Shown piece after piece: positions 27,501 through 40,626 of a DNA stretch of 64,000 bases. How positions within the stretch are numbered: the first letter of the stretch is position 1; every line of letters begins with the position of its first letter. The position numbers and the translations under genes are program-made. The notes beneath the pieces are model-generated. The model was not told the origin of the DNA. It saw nothing but the letters and a program-made list of their open reading frames with translations, and made no database searches. Origin of the DNA: Eledone cirrhosa (taxonomy: Eukaryota). The stretch covers positions 22,320,001 to 22,384,000 of the forward strand of contig OZ024747.1 in assembly GCA_964016885.1 (NCBI GenBank), given 5' to 3'.

Positions 27501-28679
27501 TTCTTTAATTTAATTTTATTTTCTATTTTTGCATTGTAAACTCACCATTTTCTATATTTTATAGAATCAAATGAAAGATTTGGACAGTGAGCTGTTATCA
27601 ATGGATTCCAGAATTACTTCATATTACCCAGTTACCAGAGATATATCAGAACTGAAACAGCAATGTGAAAACATCAAGGTAATTTGTCTGGGGCTATTTA
27701 TACCATTTGAACCCCTACTTTTACTTCAACCCTTAACCATTGAAACAGAGACATTTCTTTACATTTTCCATATCTACAATAATGGTTTCTGATTTAGGAA
27801 CAAGGCCAGCAATTTTGGAGGGAGGGGAAAGTCGATTAAATCAACCCCAGTGTGTTACTGGTACTTTATTTTATCGAACCCTGTAAGGATGAAAGGCAAA
27901 GCTAACCTCGGCGGAAGTTGAACACAGAACGTAAAGGGCCGTAACTCTCTGCTATAAAGTAGTTGATACTGCCAATCCACTGCACTACATATCTACAATA
28001 ATAATCTCTGTTCTGTAGAACATATTTTGTTTCTTCTTCATAGTCTCAAGTAGAATATCATGATACAAATATTAAACTGACTCCTTCTAGAAATTAACAT
28101 GCAAGTGGCTGAGTATTCCACAGACACAAGTAATTCTCAGGGAGATTCAGTGTCATGGGGCTGGCTTTTTAAATTACAAGTACAACTCATTTTTGCTAGT
28201 GGACTGGGACAATGTGAAATAAAGTGCCTTGCTCAAGGACACATGCCACCAGGAATCAAATTCATAACATTATGACAGTGAATCAAACACCTTAACCACT
28301 ACCCCCTCCTCCACTCACACACACACACATAATATCATTCTCTCTCTCTCTATTTTACACAGCTCTTCAATATCGATTTGGTCGGTAAAAAAGAAAGAAT
28401 AACCCAGCTGAAAAATGAATGCGATGACATGGTAAAAACTGGACTTATTTCTGATACCACAACATTTATGAATCAGGTTAGTTTCTTTAAATCCTTCTAT
28501 TGAAATGCTTCATATATTTTTCTATTGGAACCTATCTAATCTGATTATAGCTATTTCACTTCTCCATGTAGCTTCTAATGTCCCTAGAGAAAACAAAAAT
28601 ATGAACACCATAATTCACACTGCTAAACGCAGTTATGTTTCCTCTTTCTCCTCCTCTAAATATATATCGTCATCATCAT

Positions 28680-28739
<60 letters not shown>

Positions 28740-31700
28740 TACTCAGCTGTAGAAATGAGATGATAGGGACTGGGATCCCTATCATTCCACTGTAAAGTGG
28801 TCGTGGAGGTGCCACACCAAAAAAGCACCCAGCACTCACTGTAAATGAGGTTGGTGTTAGGAAGGGCATCCAGCTGTAGAAATCAAGCCAGAATCAGTTC
28901 CCGTCCCACCCTTGCAAGCAGGGAAAAGCGGGTGTAAAATGATGATGATGATATATATGCAGAATAAAAAAGGAATGAAATAATAAACGAGGAAAGAAAT
29001 TTGGGAGAGGACCTGCTTACTCAAGGGTTGCTGGAACTTCCCTTTAATAATTTTTTATCAGTTCTATAAGGATTTTTCACACACTTTAAATGCTTAATCT
29101 TGGAGGAAGATGTTTACTTTGAATAATATTTGAAATGTCTGCATCCCAGCACAGTTAACCATAATAAAATTTGATTATTATAAGTAACATTGCCACTGGT
29201 TCATATCATATCACCACCAACATTCCATGGTTGTCTTAAATTCAAATGTTTGTATTCTGTTAAACATATGTATGTTTAACCACTCAACATATAGAGATAA
29301 ATGAAAAAATGATTTTAAGCAAACAAATTCTTTTTAGTGATGAAATAACATATTTATAAAAATATATAATCTTTCTTCTATTTATCAGATTATTGCCCTG
29401 TTGAAATTCTATGACAACCTGGATGAAAAGTCTAAAGCATTTGAAAGTGAAGCTGTTGACATGTTAAAGAAAATGAGTGACAATGATGCCAAGGTACAGC
29501 AAATACACAGTGACATTGACAAGACATTGGTTCAACTTCAGTCTCAAGATCCTGTTGGTAGTAATGTTCCTGTGATCAAAAAGCAACAGGAACAAATGAA
29601 GGTCAGTAGCTTGAAAATCTTTTTGAGAGCTTAATGTAGAAATATAAGGAAGCACAATGATGATGATGATGAGTAGTAGTAGTAATAATAGTAGTAGTAG
29701 TAGTAGTAGTGATGGTCCAGAATTATTCTGACTACTACTTATGCACATGCTAGAAGTAGGCTCATTCACCCATGTCATTCAAGCCACTCTCGCCGACCTT
29801 TCAGCAAATTTATGGAGGACAGTATGTTTTTCTCCAAGTGGGCTGGACTGAAGGGGAAAGTGTCTGTGCTCCTTTCAATCTTATCCACCATAGCCACCAA
29901 ACAGAGGAAAAAGGCTTGCCCTTCAAGCCAAAGGAAGGCAGCAGTCTGTTCTTCACAATGGACTTGGCTGGTAGCTTGATCTGTCCTGCATACAACAAAA
30001 GTTATTCAACATAACTCAATGATTAGACACTGAACCAGTGTGCGCAGAATGTTTTCATCATTTCTGCATTTACCCCAAAAGGCCTGACTTCTATTGCTGT
30101 ACAGTTTATTATGAACTGGCAATGTCCTCTGGTAGCACTGTCATACCAAACATTTCTGGAAATTATTCATATGAGGCTTCATATATTGTGGCAGATGTTG
30201 TTTACTTGACACCACTACTTGACAAATGTTTATTTTTATCAACATCAGACAAAGGCAAAGCTGATGCTGTCAAAATTTAAGCATATTCCTCTTTATTTTT
30301 TTAATACCAACCCATCTTTGACTGTCCTGGGTTTTATGCTGCAAAATTGTCTGTTTTAAAGTATTTAAATTTAAACTCTCCATTATTATAAACACATTTG
30401 AGTTCAAATCCCGCCGAGGTTGACTTTGCCTTTCATCCTTACGGGGTCGATAAAATAAAGTACCAGTAATGCACTGAGTAATTGCTGGCCTTGTGCCTAA
30501 AGTAGAAACAATTATTATAAACACAAGCTTACTAATGAAAAGATTGGTTTACTTAAATCCTTACTAATTTTTTATTATTTTAAAAAATAATTGAAACATG
30601 TAAGTAATATTTGAAATATGGTAATGAAAGGTTAGTGAATATGAATTTGGCCATATGTAGCTGGTTAAGAATAGGTGCACCATATCCCAGCATGTCATAA
30701 GAAGTAAAAAAGGGTTGGTGTTAGGAAGGGTATCTGGCTGCAAAACATTGCCTCAAAAAGTTCTGTCCAACCCATGCCAGCATGGAAAAGTCAACATAAA
30801 TATGATGATGATACATTGTTTTATTTTATACAGCATTTTGTCAAGAGTAATCTTGAACCATTACATGAAAATCTTCAGAAAGTTACCAAAGAGAGTCGCC
30901 AGTTGATCCAGTCGGCTTCTCCTGGTTTAAATACCAGCCAATTAGATAACAACCTTGACACATTAAATGAGAAATGGGCACATCTCAAGGAGAAGGTTGG
31001 TATTAATTTTTCCTCATTTATATTTGTTTATCTTAATTTGAAAGTAATTATGAAAAAAAAAATACTGTCCTGTCAGCCAATGTGTTCACCATTTGTTCCT
31101 CATAACAAGTACTGTTAAATCTATATGTCCATTGTTAATGGATCAGTCCATCTGTTTTTAAGTAGCTTATAGTACTAAGCTAAAATCCTATCATTGGCAG
31201 TATCAGTAGAGCATCAGACACTATGCTTTGCAGCATAGTTATGGCCCTTTACGTTCAAATCCCGCCGAGGTTAGCTTTGCTTTTCATCCTTACGGGGGTC
31301 GATAAAATAAAGCACCTGTTATGCACTGGGATATTTGCTGGCCTTGTGCCTAAAAGTAGAAATATTATTATAGCTTTGAGACATGACAATCTCCCTAGTG
31401 TTGATGCCATGTTAAAATGCATTTAATAGAGTGTGGGAATTTATATAAACGAGGTGCAAGCCCCAACCTGTTTGAGCACACAGTAGAATTTGGGGACATA
31501 TGTGAGCAAGAAGCAGACTCTCAGATCATCTGAGAGGTCAGTAGCTCCACTTGAATACCGACTGTCTGTTATGACCCGTCCAACCCTTGCTAGCAAAGAA
31601 TGATGATGAGGAGGATGTCTGCCAAGCTTGTTTCCTACAAACTAGGTGAATATGGAAGTCCTTAATGGTGTCTCAATAAAGTGGTGTTACAGGACTTAGC

Positions 31701-34700
31701 TAACCATACAAACTGGTACGCTAAATATTCAAAACTTCTATGCACACACACTCATATACATACATACACACATACATTTTATTTACACACACATATATAC
31801 ATACACACCTTTTCACAATCACGTACACTGGCTTTATGTTAGGAATACTTTCCAATTATAGAAGTTTAGGTAGTAACATTTGTAACTTAGCAGACCTGTT
31901 CAACCCATGTAAGTATCGTATGAAGCTGTTTATGTTTGTTTTCTTCTGTTACAGTTACAAGAAAGAGAACGATCACTGGATGATGCCTTGTTACATTCTG
32001 GGAAGTTCACTGACACTGTTGAATCGGTGTTGGAATGGCTTAAAGAAACCGAAGATATGGTTAGTAACCAAAAAGCACCATCAACTGACTACAAAATACT
32101 CAAGACCCAAATTCAAGATCAAAAGGTAACGAAATTGTTTTAAATCCTTTAAACTATTAGGATATTAACCCTTTTCTTACCATATTCTTAAAGAAATGCA
32201 ATGTATAATTTGAAGAAGTTTACTAAAATTTTTAATTATTTCATTACTAATATGGTATTGGTAATATAAGTTAATAAAAGATTCTTATATCAAATAATGT
32301 TGAAAGATTTTAATTCAAGTAAGATTGCTTTAAAATGGGTGGCATTGTTTCATCACAACCAGTGGCAGTTTTAGATAGATAGGTCTTAAAAAGGTTAATA
32401 AGAATATCCACTATAATATGTAAACTATTTAGTTTCACTGTTAATGTTGTTTAATTCCTCATCCAGCAGGCTTGTAAACAAATGATATTACAGCAGCTTT
32501 TTCTTTTACTTTATATGTCTTTATGGTATCCGGGATTCAAATATATCAGAAATATAGTTAGTTAATCTTATAAATTATCAAAGTGTTGGGAGTGTTGGAA
32601 ATGTGTGAGTTTCAAACATAGAAAATAACAGTAATAATAGTTATTAGTTGAGAAAATTGAGTAAATTACCCTAGAGAGGCAGTGAATTAGCAGTCATTAG
32701 AATGTCAGATAGTGTTTTGTGGTAGATAACCTGGGATGAGGTGATAAAAGCCGAACTTACCCAATTACACCTCTCAAAGGCAATGACACACGACCGTGAC
32801 CTCTGGCGTCACGCAGTAATACAGAGTACCCGACCTCCCATGGGTACAAGCTGAAGCATATAAACAATATGCCCCCACACCCTCCCACTGCAAAGTGGTC
32901 GTGGAGGTGCCACGGCAAAAAAGCACCCAGCCCACACTGTAAAGTGGACGTGTAGGCACCACGAAAAAGCACCCAGCACTCACTGTAAATGAGGTTGGTG
33001 TTAGGAAGGGCATCCAGCTGTAGAAATCAAGCCAGATCAGTTCCTGTATGAGCAAGGCATGGTCAGCCGACCAGACACTGCCCACAACAGGACAACCCAT
33101 CTAACCCATGCTAGCATGGAAGAACAGATGTAAAACGGTGATGATGATGCTGGCTCTCTGCTCTCTTGAGTTTAAATCTTGCTGAGGTCAACTTTGCCTT
33201 TCATCCATTTGAGATTGATAAAAAATATATATACCAGTCTAGTACTGAGGTTTATTCTTTCTCTATATCTCTTTCTTACTTCCTTTCTCTCACTCTCTAT
33301 CCTTCTCTGGAATAAATCTGCTGTATTCAGACCTGGAGAGATGGACTCTGCCAGGTTTAAAAAATGCCCTAAGAAATGATGTGTGTCAATCTATCACCCC
33401 TACAACTCCCTCGGGAGTTATGGATCCATACCATACCCTTAGAGACAGAAAAAAGTGATCAGAAGTGCCTATGTGGAATCAAACCCAGTTTCTCTCAACC
33501 CATTATGCTGATATTTTTTCCAAGCATTTTTTAGAATGCTGTTCTATACAGCTTAGGGGCTAGTGTATAGCCATTAGGGGCTAGTTTATAACCATTAGGG
33601 GCTAGTGTATAACCAAATGTAAATAAACCTTATAAATTATTGAAGTTGAAATGCCTTGCCATATTTAATTCTTTCTCTCTAGTTTGAGTTCGAATTCCAT
33701 CAATATCAACTTTGATTCTCCTACATGTCGCATACTGGGATCTATATAATTGACTATTTTTTCCACCCAGCCTCAAATTTGTAGCCCTGTATTCATCATC
33801 ACCTCTGTTTAATGACCATTTTCCATGGTTGCATGGGTTAAATGAGTTGTCCTATCGTGGGACAAATAGATCAGGTGACCATGTGTTGTTCATACAGGAT
33901 TGGTTCTGGGTTGGTTTCTATGGCTGGGTGCTCTTCCTAATGCCAACTACATTTACAGCATGGACTGGGTGCTTTTTATCTTAGCACCAAAATGACCAAC
34001 TGACAGGTTGGATTGGGCACTTTTTCATCATATTCTATATTAGAAATCAATGTTTTTATTTTCATCAATTGTAGTTCCTCAAAAAACTTTTGGATGATCG
34101 GAAAGATGGAATAAAATCAGTTGAAGACTCTGGCAAGAAGCTTATGAAATCTGTTGCTCCTAAAGAACAGGAAGAGATCAAGAGACAAATTGAAGAGTTG
34201 CAAGCACGCTGGAATAACCTAGTGTCTACCTCAACTGAACGCATGGATGCTTTGGAAAAAATGGTTGATCTTGCTAAAGAATTCCAAGAATGTTATGAAT
34301 CTTTAATTGCTTGGCTTGATTCGTGCAATGCCAAAATTTCTGTTATGAAACCAAATTCTCACGATGTTGACAACATGGAAAAATATGTTTCGATGTTAAA
34401 GGTATTTATTAAAAAAATGTATTCGTTGTTATCTCCACCTTCTTTTTCTTTTTCTCCTCCTCCTCCTTCTCCTTCTTTTTTCTTCTTTTTCCTCTTTTTC
34501 TTCTTTTTTCCTCTCTTCCTCCACCTTCTCTTCCTCCTTTTCCTGATAGGGTTGTGAAGGCAGAATCCGCAGATATACCTGTCAGTAGTAACCACCTCCA
34601 AATAATCCAGCTCAATCCTCAAATTTCAAATGTTATCCAACCATCTTGCTCATTGTCTACCTCTGAGTCTCTTGTTTGTTGACTTTGCCTATAAAATTTG

Positions 34701-37700
34701 TCATGCAATATGATTTCAATTTATTTTTAAATTTCACACAAAAATTGTCTTTATTATTATTTTTGTTATTATTGCAGATGTTTATAATTATTATTGCTAT
34801 TATTATTACTATTACAGAAATTAACAAAAGAGTTTCTTGAGCAAGAGCCAAACTTAGAAAACCTGACTGTAAAAGGTAAACATCTACAGGAATTTTCGAA
34901 AGGTAAATATTTCAGCCATTTCCTTTTTTAAGGATCCAAGCTTTTTAAAAATGTATTTTATTTGAAATGTGTATGCCCCAACTCAAATGATTATAATAGT
35001 AGGTGATCACTATAAATAATAGTTGAAAAAATTGTAAGTTGTTCTCCCTGATAATGTAGGAATGGACCCATAACTCCTGATGAAGATAAAGGGGCATTTT
35101 AAACCTGGTGATGCCCAGCCCTTATCCAGGTCTGAACGCAGCTAATTTTTCCCAGAGAAGGAGAGAGGGAATAAGAAAGATATATGAGGAAAAGTCGACC
35201 CCAGTGCTTCACTAGTACTTCTTTTATCAACCTCAATAGGATGAAAGGCAAAGTTGACCTCAGTGAGGATTCAAACTCAGAGAGTGCAGAGAACTGGAAT
35301 AAATGCTGCAAAGCATTCTATCATCTCTTCTAATATCCCTGCCAATTCACTGTCTCTAATATGCCTGCCAATTCACTGTCTCTAATAGCAACAACAAAAA
35401 ATCTTTCCTCGTGATAATCTCTCTTCTTCTAAACCTAAACAACATACTAAAGAAAGTAATGAGCTACTGATTGGCACAGTGAACCATTGAGTGGTCCATT
35501 AGACCCCTTTTTGAGCTCATGGCTCAGTGAAGTATTGAGTGGTTTATTGGACACTTCTTTGAGCTCATGGCTCAGTGATCCACCGAGTGGTCTGTTAGAT
35601 GCCTCTTTGAGCTCATACATTTAATAAGGTTATTCCTGAATGCATATAATAAAGAAAGAAATCAGTGATAATATTGATCTGAACTCTTTAATTGATCCCA
35701 AACAACAAACCACCAACAAGGAATATATCAATGTAACAATAATTTGGTTACTTAAGTTCAATATATTGAACTGAATATGACCAACCTTACAATAATAATT
35801 TTATGTTTGTGTTCTTATGAAGATTCATCTTTTTGCTTTAGATGAAGACGCTGAACTAATACAAAACCGAGTTGCTGGTACTATTGATAAATACAACAGT
35901 TGCAAAGAGATGGTGAATTCCATGTTGAAGCAACTGGAAGAGGCTGTGCCATTGTCTAAAGAATTCAACGAAGCCCACTATAAATTTTTAGATTGGCTTG
36001 CAAATGTTGAACCAGAACTAAGATCCAAAGAACTTACAGGTCTAGAGGTTGAAGGTCATATTAAGGTAAGCATCAGTATGATGAGTCAGTCGTAATAATT
36101 GTTTTTTGTTGTTGTTTTAGAATCTTAAAGTTTTCAGATAACTTATACAAGAGTCAGCTTTATCATTATTCTAAAATTACTAGAATAGATGACAATTACA
36201 TTAGAGCTTTTGATATAGAACGTAAAGATGAAATCATTATCATCATCATCATCATTATCATAAATTTGACACAGCTGAAGAGTCTTTCTGAACTATTGTT
36301 TAGCAGGTTTTCTATGGTTAGATGCCCTTCCTATCACCAACTACTTTACAGTGTGTACTGGGTCATTGTTTATCATGTAGGAGAATATCTATATTCCCTC
36401 CAAGCTTTATGCAAGGTGAGGTATTCTGAAAGTATGATTTTCGTGTAAAATATAGAGCACACATTTCTCTTTGGTGGGGCAAGGGATAGTTGATTAAATT
36501 AATTCCAGTAATTGACAGGTACTTGTTGGCTAACTGGATGGATGGATAAATAGACCTCCATCAGTTTGGTAATGAGTGCTCCAGTTGTTTGATTAACAGA
36601 ACAACCTGCTCATGAAATTAACATGTAAGTGGCTGAGTATTTCACAGACACGTGTATCCTTAATGTAATTCACAGGGAGATTCAGCATGTCACACTATGT
36701 GACAAGGACTACCATCAACATGACATTGTTTCACTCAGCATCTAGTATGAATCATCATTGACTTAACTCTATCTAGTTCCTCCACTGATGTCAAACATCC
36801 ACCACTCTGCCACCTCATAGTTGGGTTTTTTGTCATTGAAGTTTATTTCTCTAGTGATTAAAGTTTAGACTGGCTTTCAGCTTGTAAGGCATAATTGGAC
36901 TGACCAGCAGTTAGACTCCTACCTTTTTAGCCCTCCAAATCAGAAGAGCACACACGCCTTAATCATATACATATGCAAGTATGTACACACTAGTAATTGA
37001 TCATTGACTAATGAATTGCTCCACCCTTTGATGTGTTTTATTTTTAATCTCAAAAGATGACCAAAAACCATAATCCTCACCAAGCAAGGTCGATGGTGTT
37101 GCTGGTTTAGTTACCAATAACCTGACCATTCAACACGTTGCACTGGGTTACAGGTTACCAGTAACACTTGAGTGACTTGACAAATATAAACTTAAATGTT
37201 TTATATTTATGATAATTAACATGATTTCAAACGTTCTTATTTCTATATAGAAACTTGAAGAGCAGCTGTCTGTGGCCCAGCCACTGTTGAATGTTATCAG
37301 CACACAAGGCAATAAACTTGGAGACCTCTTACCTGAAGAAGCATGTGCACGCCTCACAGATATTGTATCCAAAGACAGTCATCGGTTTGAGGCTCTCAGC
37401 GAACAGATTAATTCCAAAGCAGAAAAGATACGTCTTTCTCGACAGAAATCGCTGGAGGTATAAACTAATGAAATAATTTGAATAATAATCAACCTGTCGT
37501 TTGTAGTGTGTGTGTGTGTGTGCGTGCATGTGTGCATCTATGTATGTGTGTATCTATATGTACATGTGCATTTGTGTGTGTGTGTGCATCTATATGTGTG
37601 TGTGTACATTTATATGTATGTATGTATTTGTGTGTGTGTGTACATCTAAATATATTTGTGTGTGTGCATCTATATAATGTGTGTATGTAATACTAAATAA

Positions 37701-39239
37701 TTGGAGATAACAAAGAACATACATTTATGACTAGTTTAGAACCTAAAGTCTTTGTCATGTGTGGGTGTGTGCATGTATGTATGTATGTATATATGTGTGT
37801 ATATATGTGTGTATGTGTTGGGAGAGATTTGTTTTAAATGATGAGTATACATTATATATTTTCTGTTCTCCATTAGGTACTGAATGAGATTGATGATTTG
37901 CTGGGGTGGTTTGGTGACACTGAGAGTGAAATGATGGGGGCTGATTCAGTTAGCTGTGAATCAGAAAAAATTCAAAGCCAACTGGAAGACCAAAAGGTAA
38001 GTCTTTAAAATTCTTCATTTAACTCAATGTGATTATTGAATCACAAATTGCTCTTCTTCAAAAGACTAACCCTGTTGGGCACTATCTGTCTTAGGTTGTT
38101 GAGACCTGACAGCAAAAGAAAATTCAGTAATTCACTGTGCAAACTGTACATAATAATAACAAAAATAATAATGATATTATTTCACCAATTTTAATTACTC
38201 TGCAAAAATTTGCTTTGTTGGGAACTGCAAACATTCTGTACAAAGTGCTTTCAATCTGATGCCATTTGACTAGATTTTGAGATTGAATATTATCACCAGC
38301 CTAAGAACTGAGAAAACTTGGAATAATACACCTGATGTACCCCTTCCATACACATGCACACGTGTGTATCATGACTCGTGCACTGTTCATTTCACTGATG
38401 TTTGTGCATTGCCCTATGTACTGTACATGCACTTTTTTGATGAGTTGTGGTGCACCTGGGCACTGTACACAATATTTCATTATTGTTATTATTATATCAT
38501 GACTCGTACACTGTTCATTTTCCTGACATTTGTACATTATTCTATGTACTATACATGCACCTTTGATGAGTTGTAGTGCACCTGAGCACTGTACACAATA
38601 ATTTCATTATTATATCATTATTATATAATAATAATAAAAACAAAAATAATTCCGCCAAGTACGATGTTTAAAATAGTGTAAGAGATTATACTAATTTGTT
38701 ATGTATGCATTTTCTTCAGTTTCTGAATGCAGAAGTTGGCAGCCAGAAGGACAGAGCCCGAGATCTTCTAGCTTCAGCTAAAAAACTTCTACGAGAAAAC
38801 AAGCTTGATGAAGAGCCAATGATCAAAGAGAAGATGGAGAACCTGAAAGCACAGATTGATACAGTCATGAAAATTAACACAGACAGGCTGAGTCAACTTG
38901 AGCAAGCCTTACCTCTATCTAAACATTTCCATGAAACTCATAGCCAGTTACAAAGCTGGTTTGAAGAACTTGAGCCCGCTCTGTCAGAACTTGATGTTAT
39001 ACCTATCAATTCTGAACAATTGAAACGTCAACAGGAAAAGGCTAAGGTATGGACAACTTTTGATCTCATTGAATATAATATATATATATATATATATACA
39101 CATTTATTGTATATATATATATATCTACACGGGTGTAGATGGTACAAGTATAGATACATACATACAGAGCATCCAACTTATACTGAGTTTGGTTCTATAA
39201 AAGAGTTAATAAAATTAAGATTCATACCCTAATATATAC

Positions 39240-39273
<34 letters not shown>

Positions 39274-39430
39274 GTATATTTATTAAAATATTTTATTTGC
39301 TCTACGGTTCTTATATATTTGATATATATTTTCCTTATCAAGCCCTCTTTGGATTTTAGTCTTCAATTTTATTATTATTACTATATATATGTGTATATGT
39401 ATATGTATATATATATGTATATGTATATAT

Positions 39431-39476
<46 letters not shown>

Positions 39477-39561
39477 GTATATGTATATATATATGTATAT
39501 GTATATATATATATGTATATGTATATATATATATATGTATATGTATATATATATGTATATA

Positions 39562-39605
<44 letters not shown>

Positions 39606-40583
39606 CAAAATGAATAAATGGATGGAGGGATTGCAGGTCGTTAGAACAAAATTTTGCTTCTAACATGATGTTTCACCTACACCACAGTTGGTAACTTTGT
39701 TTACATATATGTAAGTCGTTACGGCAGTGGTATAGGATCTTCTGAGAAGATGTAGTTGTTTACACAGATGCCAATTGAAGTTGATCTAACCAACCAAACT
39801 GGGTGAAAATACATTCAAGGCAGAGGTTAATAAAGATAGGAGTTCAATTACAGTGGATGTAGTGCATCGAAATGCATTTTAAGTTTGTGTCCTTAGTTAA
39901 GCAGCAATTCTTATATATATGTAATAAATATATTCTAATATATGCATGGATATACATAAGCATACACACATACACATATTTGTATTCATAGAAAAATGTG
40001 AAAACTCATCATTAGAACAGCTGTTACATGTCTACCAATTTCGTATTTCTTTATGTATACAATTCCTTATTTTCTAGTTGATTCGTCAAGATGTGATTGA
40101 TCATAAACCATTGATTGAGAAGTTAAACAAGACTGGCTGTGCCTTGACCAGTCTCTGTGGTGACGAAGATGCCGAAAGAATGCAAGAAATGTTAGACGAC
40201 TCCAATAAGAAGGTGGAACACATTCGTAACGTAGTTCGTGAACGCTCTAATTCAATTGAAGAAGCCCTTCAGCAATCAGCTGAAGTAAGTTACCAATTTC
40301 ATAGATATTACAATTCCATTTGTCCATGAGATATTATGAAAAATTAGTCATGAAAAATTTCTTTATATGTATATTTTTCTAATATATATCATCATTATCA
40401 TCACCGTTTAATGTCCATTGGCAGTATCGATAGAGGGTCGGACATGCTTTCCAGCGTAGTTACGTCCCTTTACGATCTGAGTTCAAATCCCGCCAAGGTT
40501 AACTTTGCCTTTCATCCTTACAGGGTCGATAAAATAAAGTACCAGTAATGTACTGGGTAATTGCTGGCCTTGTGCCAAAAGTA

Positions 40584-40626
<43 letters not shown>

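Noticed and set aside
29760-30280. GC-richer intronic segment with short ORFs
   Set aside because: No recognisable protein motif, and exons 21 and 22 already join in frame; probably a decayed repeat.
39283-39666. Ile/Tyr-rich ORFs (also at 28505, 37478, 48368 and 52932)
   Set aside because: Translations of (TA)n and (TG)n microsatellites.
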